This document shows, piece after piece, positions 57,718 to 64,000 of a stretch of 64,000 nt of DNA. The notes beneath the pieces were generated by a model. It saw only the letters and a list, made by a program, of their open reading frames with translations, had not been told where the DNA came from and did no database searches. The translations under genes and the position numbers were made by a program. Position 1 is the stretch's first letter. Every line of letters starts with the position of its first letter. Source of the DNA: a bacterium (GTDB lineage: Bacteria > UBA9089 > JAHJRX01); the NCBI GenBank assembly GCA_018830565.1, contig JAHJRX010000079.1:1899-65898 (forward strand), read 5' to 3'.

Positions 57718-58066
57718 TTACGAAAGAACCCTAAAATCTGTTAGCCACAAATAGAAATGTCCTATTTTGTATTAGATAAAAAAGATCTTTTATATGGGTT
57801 TATCTTAAATCTTCTCCATGGATGATCTATTGGAGAAATATCATCTTTCTTATCTTTAATTGCTCTTTTTCTTCTTTTGGTTTTAATGGTCTTTTCTCTA
57901 TCTTTTTGTATTTGAGTTCAATACCATTGTATATAATATGTATGGTATTGTCTATTCTTTCTTCTACCACTACAGAATAAACCCCGTTAGATAGTAAACA
58001 TCTAACGGGGTTTATTCTGGTATTTAAGGGAGTTTCTTCAATCGTCAAATCATTCTTAATTTATAG

Positions 58067-59353
58067 TTATTTACTTGTCAACAACTCACAACTAAATTGT
58101 TTCCTTACTTCTCTCCAATTTAAGATGGTACAAGGTATTTGAGAAACAGCTGTAGCAATCGCTGTTCCTACAGCACCGTATTTAGGTATTAAAAAAATAT
58201 TTAAGATGATATTTATAGCCATAGAAATACTCATATTGACAACTCTTTTCCGTACAAGCTGTTGATAATTTAAAAAAGCATCAAAAAACACTAAGAAAGA
58301 AAGGCATATCACATATAAAGTTAAAATTCGAAGAGGTAGAACGGAAGGCAGATATTTTATTCCAAAAATAAATGGTATAAAAAATCCTGAAAAGAACAAA
58401 AGCGTAACAGCTATAGGTAAAAAAATATAAAAATTTCTTTTTAATAGAGAATGAAATAACCTTTCGAGTTCTTTCTTATTTTCTTTGTTTAACTTTGCAA
58501 AAACAGGCATTACTCCCATAGCCATAGCCAGACTTATATGTGGTAGATTGCCTGCAATCTGTTTTGCCACAGCATAAATACCAACTTCTCTATCAGTGCT
58601 TAATAATCCCAGCATGACAGTATCGATTTCTGTTAAAACCAAATAATTTATACCTACAACGAACAGAGGCAAACTATACTTGAGAATATCTTTTGTAAAA
58701 TCTTCCTTTTCTGGTAACATGCTTTTATTATAAAAATTTTTATAAAGTAGATAAACTCCTATTGTAAAAGATATCGTCGTAGCCCCAACAAAAGAACTCA
58801 ACACACTCAGCAATTTAAGAGAAAAATTTAAAAATACTATGGTTAATATTAACTTTAACCCAAATTCTATTAAGGCAATGATAAAATTAAACCTTATTCT
58901 ATGTAGTCCTATGAAAATATTTTTTAATAATTCTAAAAATCCAGCAGACAAAATTAATACTGAAGAAAATAAAAAAAGTGTAGCAAATTCAGGTCTGCCA
59001 ATAAGGTTTGCCAGAAAGTTGTGAATAAAAAATAGTAAGAAGGCAAAAGCTAAATTAAAGATCAAGCCTAATTTTAAAGAATTTTTCAATACTACACTAA
59101 GTTTTTCTGTTCCACTATATTGGGCTATATATTTTTGGGCAGAAGAACTTATTCCAAAACAAGAAAAAAATAAGATGATAGTGAATATAGAATAAAAAAA
59201 AGACCACATTCCATATTTTTCTACCTTCAAAGTTCTGGCAAGATAAATGTTTAATGAAAGATATAATAAAAAAGAGACACCTTTAGTCGAGAAACTCCAA
59301 AAGACTTCCTTTGCTAATTTATTTTTAATAAAATAGTTTACTATGGCAAACAT
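58067..59353 (-). CDS. Oligosaccharide/polysaccharide flippase (Wzx, MOP superfamily)
   Basis: 428 aa, about 12 TM. N-terminal Polysacc_synt-type sequence (...SFSTKGVSFLLYLSLNIYLARTLKVEKYGMWSF...). Confidence 0.7.
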   Translation of the reverse strand: MFAIVNYFIKNKLAKEVFWSFSTKGVSFLLYLSLNIYLARTLKVEKYGMWSFFYSIFTIILFFSCFGISSSAQKYIAQYSGTEKLSVVLKNSLKLGLIFNLAFAFLLFFIHNFLANLIGRPEFATLFLFSSVLILSAGFLELLKNIFIGLHRIRFNFIIALIEFGLKLILTIVFLNFSLKLLSVLSSFVGATTISFTIGVYLLYKNFYNKSMLPEKEDFTKDILKYSLPLFVVGINYLVLTEIDTVMLGLLSTDREVGIYAVAKQIAGNLPHISLAMAMGVMPVFAKLNKENKKELERLFHSLLKRNFYIFLPIAVTLLFFSGFFIPFIFGIKYLPSVLPLRILTLYVICLSFLVFFDAFLNYQQLVRKRVVNMSISMAINIILNIFLIPKYGAVGTAIATAVSQIPCTILNWREVRKQFSCELLTSK

Positions 59354-59449
59354 TTTTTAACACCGTTGGAGAAAGTTTAAAATATTTTCTTCTTAATTGT
59401 AGTTACTCAGGTTACCAGAATACGAAGATTAAAAGTTAGAGCGCAGATT

Positions 59450-60367
59450 TTATGATTTTCTTGCAGTTATTATCATTCTTCCGGCGGCAAAAGGTGATAA
59501 TAGTGTTCCTATTATCTGGGCAAATATCATTTTTACTAGATACGGCATTCTACTGAATATTACAGCAAATATCTTTGGAAAAAGTTTTTTTCCATATTTA
59601 CTGTAATATAAAAAACTTCTGATTATGTCAGATGGCACAATTTCAGATTTTATTACTATTTTATTAAAACCAATTTTTATTAATAATTTTTCAATACCTA
59701 ATTTTGTAAAATGTACTCTGTGCCTTGGAAGGTCAAGCCCTGACGATAATTTTCCAAAAAGTTTAAATTCTTGTGAATCAAATCGCGGTACTTTAATAAA
59801 CATACAACCATTATCGTCAATTCCGTTATGGTAAATATTTTTCAAACAACCCAAAAAATCATTAAGATGTTCTAATGTATGTCTGATAACTATTACGTGA
59901 TATTTTTTTTTAAATATTATATCCGACGCATATCTCTGCTGTAGTATAATTCCGTAATTTTGTTTTGCATATTCTACACCGCTCTTACTAGGTTCAATAC
60001 CTTCAACATGAAATCCTTTTTTTTTTGCTTCATTTAAAAATTCGCCTCTCCCAGATCCGATTTCAAATAACGAACAATTTGTTTTACCTACTATTTTTCT
60101 AATTATTTTTAGGTCACTTCTATATTTTTTTGTTTGAAGCCATGCAGGGAACGATTTTTTAGGTTTATATGCTTCATAATCTTTGGGATAGTAATCTGAG
60201 AGTTCTTCATTGGTCATTGGAGGAACAGATATTCCTATTTCACAATTGTTGCAATAAACAATTCCAAATGTCGGAGAATTACCGTTCAAGATAAAATAGT
60301 CTTTTCCATCGTTAATGATAACCCTGCATTCTGAATTGCAAACTGGACAAGGATAATTAAAATTCAT
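59450..60367 (-). CDS. Class I SAM-dependent methyltransferase with N-terminal Zn-ribbon
   Basis: 305 aa. CPVCNSE...CNNCE Cys4 ribbon then LFEIGSGRGEF (motif I) ...GIEPS. Confidence 0.7.
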   Translation of the reverse strand: MNFNYPCPVCNSECRVIINDGKDYFILNGNSPTFGIVYCNNCEIGISVPPMTNEELSDYYPKDYEAYKPKKSFPAWLQTKKYRSDLKIIRKIVGKTNCSLFEIGSGRGEFLNEAKKKGFHVEGIEPSKSGVEYAKQNYGIILQQRYASDIIFKKKYHVIVIRHTLEHLNDFLGCLKNIYHNGIDDNGCMFIKVPRFDSQEFKLFGKLSSGLDLPRHRVHFTKLGIEKLLIKIGFNKIVIKSEIVPSDIIRSFLYYSKYGKKLFPKIFAVIFSRMPYLVKMIFAQIIGTLLSPFAAGRMIITARKS

Positions 60368-60387
60368 ATATACTCCTTATGCTTTTC

Positions 60388-61581
60388 TTAAATTATTCTC
60401 TGAGGTTTACTTTTTGGAGAAATGATCCTATAAGCATTCATTATTCTCTTAGCTACACTGTCCCACGAATATTCATCAACAGCTTTTTTTCTTAGTTTCT
60501 CTCCTAAAACTTGTCTAAGATTTTCATCCTTTAAAAGTTTCTTTATTCCATTGGCAAGTGAGATTGGATCTTCTTTTTTGGCATAGATTCCAAGATCGCC
60601 TAATGTTTCTTTGCTCATATTCCTATCTGAACAAACAATAGGTAATCTCATGGCCATATAATTGTATAACTTACCATCAGCCTCTGATTCTGCAATTTTT
60701 GGAGCCACTGCAATATCTCCTAAAGCAAGATACATGGGTGCTTCTTTATAATTTATTTTACCAGTGAAAGTAATGTTACCTAATATTCCATATTTCTCGG
60801 CAACCATCTTGTAAAATTCAACATTCGGATAACCCATTATTAAAAAGTGAACATCATTTATATCTTTTAGAATATATGGTATTGCTTCAAGCAACCAATC
60901 AACTCCCTGATATTTTGCCAAAAGGCCCATATAAACTACTACTTTCTTATTCTTTGAAAGATTTAGGCTATTACGTAAGTTTTCTACATCATAACCTGGT
61001 CTAAAAATATCCGTATCAACACCATCCATAGAGAGCAGTACCTTCTCTTTATTTATCTTAAACTCATTTATAATTTGATCTTTCATTTGCGTGGATTGAG
61101 TAATTATCAGGTTTGATTTAGAAAGGATCTTTTTTTCAAAAAAATACATAAGTTTATAAAAAGTAGTTCCTTCGGAAATGAAATTATGAGCCTTTAATTC
61201 AGAAACCAAACTACCTTGAAAATCAAAGAGTAAAGGTTTTTTAGTATATTTACTCACAAAATAGCCAATAAAGGCACCTTCATGTAAGTGTCCATGTATA
61301 ATATCAGGTTTAAATTTTTTAGCAACTGCTAACGATTTATAGAGCAATAAAATATCTACATAAAATTTATGGTATGAAGGGCCTGCTTCTAATTTCTTGT
61401 ACCATGGAATGTTTATCGTTCTTTTTATATTAACACCTTCCATATCTCTTCCACTATGATAAGTACATAAAACAATTTCGTTTCCTAATTTTTGAAGGGA
61501 TTTTATTTCCTCATAGATTTGAGTATGGCATCCACGATCAGCAAAGAAAGGGGTTGGAGCAATCATTAAAATCTTATACAT
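60388..61581 (-). CDS. GT4 (GT-B fold) glycosyltransferase
   Basis: 397 aa. C-terminal GT1/GT4 motif region (...AESEADGKLYNYMAMRLPIVCSD...). Confidence 0.8.
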   Translation of the reverse strand: MYKILMIAPTPFFADRGCHTQIYEEIKSLQKLGNEIVLCTYHSGRDMEGVNIKRTINIPWYKKLEAGPSYHKFYVDILLLYKSLAVAKKFKPDIIHGHLHEGAFIGYFVSKYTKKPLLFDFQGSLVSELKAHNFISEGTTFYKLMYFFEKKILSKSNLIITQSTQMKDQIINEFKINKEKVLLSMDGVDTDIFRPGYDVENLRNSLNLSKNKKVVVYMGLLAKYQGVDWLLEAIPYILKDINDVHFLIMGYPNVEFYKMVAEKYGILGNITFTGKINYKEAPMYLALGDIAVAPKIAESEADGKLYNYMAMRLPIVCSDRNMSKETLGDLGIYAKKEDPISLANGIKKLLKDENLRQVLGEKLRKKAVDEYSWDSVAKRIMNAYRIISPKSKPQRII

Positions 61582-61587
61582 AAAAAC

Positions 61588-62700
61588 TCACTTTTTTTTA
61601 AATTTTTTTATAGTATCAATTATCATATTTACATCTGAATCAGATAAATCTGGATATAAAGGTAAGGTTAATAGTTTTTTCCAAACTTTATCTGATACTG
61701 GAGTAAATTGTCCAAATTTTCTATACATAGAATAATGATTGTTAGGAATATAATGCACTCCTGTAGATATTCCTTTTTCTTGCAAGTAAATATTTAATTC
61801 ATTCCTATAATCTGTTTTGATAACATAATTATGGTAAGCACATTTGGCATATTTCTTTATGGTTGGTACTTCAATCCAACTTACAGATTTAAAAGCATTA
61901 GTATATGCTTCAGAGATTTCTCTTCTTCTATTATTCATAGAGTCTAATTTTTTAAGTTGTACTAAACCAATTGCTGCTTGAATATCATTCATATGATATT
62001 TATATCCAATATCTTCAATACTATAATACCATGAATATTTTTCATCTTTCTCTTCGCGATCCCATGTATCTCTTGATACTCCAAGCCATCTTAACTTTCT
62101 AAGTTTTTCACATATTTCAGCATCATTTGTGGTAATCATTCCACCATCTCCAGTAGCAAGATTTTTAACAGCATGGAAACTAAAACATCCAATATCTCCA
62201 ATAGAACCTAATTTTTTCTCTTTATATTCTCCTCCACAACCATGGGCAACATCTTCGATAACCTTAAGATCATATTTCTTTGCCATCTCCAAAATTAGAT
62301 CCATCTCGCATGAATGACCACCATAATGCACCGTGATAATAGCCTTAGTTTTGTTTGTTATATTTTTTTTAATTTCATCGACATTAATATTTAAAGTGTC
62401 TGAATATATATCTGTAAAGACGGGAATCCCATTATTATAAAGAATAGCATGATTTGTAGAAACGAATGTCATGGGAGTTGTTATGACTTCATAATTTTCG
62501 ATTTCCATTAGTCTTAATGCTAAATGAAGAGAAGCGGTACAAGAGTTAGTTGCAACTGCATATTTAACTCCTATATAATTAGCAAACTTTTTTTCAAATT
62601 CTGTAGTTTTTGGCCCCAACCCAATCCAGCCACTTTTAAATGGCTCTTTTAAGGCTTCTAATTCTTCATCGTTAAATGACGGTTTAAAAACTGGAATCAT
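61588..62700 (-). CDS. DegT/DnrJ/EryC1/StrS-family sugar aminotransferase (PLP-dependent)
   Basis: 370 aa. MIPVFKPSFNDEELEALKEPFKSGWIG...ATNSCTASLHLAL...; Lys in FHAVKNL. Confidence 0.9.
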   Translation of the reverse strand: MIPVFKPSFNDEELEALKEPFKSGWIGLGPKTTEFEKKFANYIGVKYAVATNSCTASLHLALRLMEIENYEVITTPMTFVSTNHAILYNNGIPVFTDIYSDTLNINVDEIKKNITNKTKAIITVHYGGHSCEMDLILEMAKKYDLKVIEDVAHGCGGEYKEKKLGSIGDIGCFSFHAVKNLATGDGGMITTNDAEICEKLRKLRWLGVSRDTWDREEKDEKYSWYYSIEDIGYKYHMNDIQAAIGLVQLKKLDSMNNRRREISEAYTNAFKSVSWIEVPTIKKYAKCAYHNYVIKTDYRNELNIYLQEKGISTGVHYIPNNHYSMYRKFGQFTPVSDKVWKKLLTLPLYPDLSDSDVNMIIDTIKKFKKK

Positions 62701-62800
62701 TTTATTATCTTCAAATATAGACTATTTTTTGTTTTTGAGCACTTAGCCGGCTCACCCTGCAAATGAGAAGCTTTGTTGTATTATTATAAAGATAATTTTA

Positions 62801-64000
62801 TCAACCAGAAACTTTGTAAAGATATAAATTTACCTTAACAAAGTTTAATTCAAGGACTTCCTTAAGTTTAGAATAATTGTTTTCTATAAATTCATTAATA
62901 TTTTCATTTTTGTAAACTCCTATATTGCTTTCTACAAGCCATATTCTTTTATGGTTTTTTAAAAGAGAGCTTAATAGTTGATAATAATGATTTTGTTGAT
63001 CTGAAAAGTATTTAGTTTTCAAATTACCTCCATGGTAATAATTATTATAGTAGACACCAAAAACCACTCCTGGCCACTCAGAGTTAATACAAATTATATC
63101 TCCTTCTTTTTCATTTTCTTGGATATATAAAGCAACTTCGCGATATTGATCTTTTGTAAAAGCTTCTTGGGTAAAAAAAGCATAGGAAGAAGATAAAGAG
63201 ATAATAAAAATAAACAAAATGGTCATGTATTTTAAGAAGGACACCTTAAGATTATCTACCCCAGTGGCTACTATTATTAGGTAGACTGGAAGGATGGAGA
63301 CAAGATAGCGAGCGTTAAAAATAGGTTTAAAGTAGATAGAAATAAGGTAGATAAACAGAGGGTAGAATAAGATATAGATAGAAAGAACCAGATGGTTTGT
63401 AACAAAGGTTAAATTTTTACTATTTCTGAAGATAGGATATAAAAATCCCCATATAAAAAGGAGTAAAAATAAAAGTTTAGCTAGTTTTCTAAATAGAGAG
63501 CTTATGTTTGGATTAGATAACAAAAAGCTAATACTACTTAGATCAGAGCAAAAGACATCTTTAAGACTGTAAATATTAGGTGGTTTTAGCCAATCAATGG
63601 CGGTAGAAGCACCTGTAGCAACTGGAATAAAGAAAACTTTAAAAACAGGAATTAAGATAGGAACTATGGTTATAAGTATTATTATTTGAACTAAAAACCA
63701 GTTTCTAAATCTTAGCTTGTATTTTTTAAATAAAAATAGATAGACAAGATTTAGATAGACAAAAGTAAAAGCATAAAAATAATGAGTCCAGAAGCCTAAT
63801 ATAGAGAAGATGCAGAAGAGAATAAGATGTTTTAGTTTGTTTTCTTGTAAATAAGAATTAAAACTAAAGATTCCAAGAAGAGAGAGAGGGATTAATAAGA
63901 TATATTCTCGAACTTCTTGACAATATTGAAGATGAAAAGTAGATAAAGAAAGGAATAAAGCTGCTAATAAACCAGTGTTTTTTCCATAAAATTTTTTGGT
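62801..64000 (-). CDS. GT-C membrane glycosyltransferase (ArnT/PMT-like), 5' end beyond window
   Basis: Minus-strand frame is open from 64000 down to stop 62801 (the ORF track shows only the last 240 aa from an internal Met). Translation from the window edge (TKKFYGKNTGLLAALFLSLSTFHLQY...) is polytopic with a C-terminal soluble domain like the other paralogues. Confidence 0.6.
   Translation of the reverse strand, partial: TKKFYGKNTGLLAALFLSLSTFHLQYCQEVREYILLIPLSLLGIFSFNSYLQENKLKHLILFCIFSILGFWTHYFYAFTFVYLNLVYLFLFKKYKLRFRNWFLVQIIILITIVPILIPVFKVFFIPVATGASTAIDWLKPPNIYSLKDVFCSDLSSISFLLSNPNISSLFRKLAKLLFLLLFIWGFLYPIFRNSKNLTFVTNHLVLSIYILFYPLFIYLISIYFKPIFNARYLVSILPVYLIIVATGVDNLKVSFLKYMTILFIFIISLSSSYAFFTQEAFTKDQYREVALYIQENEKEGDIICINSEWPGVVFGVYYNNYYHGGNLKTKYFSDQQNHYYQLLSSLLKNHKRIWLVESNIGVYKNENINEFIENNYSKLKEVLELNFVKVNLYLYKVSG

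Noticed and set aside
57827-58048. 73-aa minus-strand ORF adjacent to the IS remnants
   Set aside because: Translation (…RINPVRCLLSNGVYSVVVEERIDNTIHIIYNGIELKYKK…) is not low complexity and could be a fragment of a mobile-element protein, but I could not assign it to a family. Left unannotated.
1-64000. tRNA/rRNA/tmRNA genes
   Set aside because: Scanned intergenic regions for the GTTCRANYC T-loop plus acceptor-stem pairing and found none. No rRNA-like conserved stretches.

Overview
The window is a low-GC (about one third GC) bacterial chromosomal segment. LptD, a Wza-like exporter, ExbB/ExbD/TonB and RpoN indicate a diderm; I cannot place the lineage from the sequence alone. The conserved backbone carries tilS' and ftsH, then larB and larC (with a small cassette between them), hemL, pgi and a CobD-like aminotransferase. 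On the minus strand lies a tetrapyrrole operon, hemA, sirC-like, hemC and a cobA/hemD fusion. A c-di-GMP signalling cluster follows: GAF-HD-GYP, a histidine kinase, a CheY-like regulator and a GAF-GGDEF protein with a C-terminal CBM48 glycogen-binding domain. Next come lepA, lptD, rpoN, lysS and exbB-exbD-tonB-like genes. Three accessory regions interrupt this backbone. (1) About 9.7-16.1 kb is a higher-GC block (up to about 46% GC in the secreted-protein genes). It holds an ISL3 transposase remnant, a giant Wza/SLBB polysaccharide-export protein, and three secreted proteins, the last with a T9SS-CTD/FlgD-Ig-like tail. It ends in a 110-bp tandem duplication of the hemD 3' end. (2) About 34.7-42.5 kb is a decayed, higher-GC island. 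It has a frameshifted tandem-REC regulator, an orphan HicB, a CACAAAG iteron palindrome and a frameshifted FIST protein. A DUF559 endonuclease sits inside GC-rich REP-like palindromes. A PAS histidine kinase and an internally deleted copy of it bracket a MNT/HEPN toxin-antitoxin pair. A RhuM fragment and a second MNT/HEPN pair complete the island. (3) About 42.5-64 kb is a large surface-glycan locus on the minus strand. It has three tandem pairs of a polyprenol-phosphate-sugar synthase (GT2) with an ArnT/PMT-like GT-C transferase, plus two further GT-C enzymes. It also carries a deacetylase, an epimerase, a radical SAM enzyme, a GT4, a DegT aminotransferase, a methyltransferase and a Wzx flippase. 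A 1.5-kb junkyard (RelE, Phd-like, IS3-OrfA and ISL3 remnants) interrupts it. One theme recurs four times: short copies of a gene (whole-gene in the kinase case, otherwise the 3' end) sit at the gene junction (larB x3, hemD x2, regulator x2, PAS kinase x2), and in two cases they flank inserted cassettes (a retropepsin-like protease; MNT/HEPN). A 55-115 nt conserved intergenic element occurs four times. No tRNA, rRNA or CRISPR array was found.
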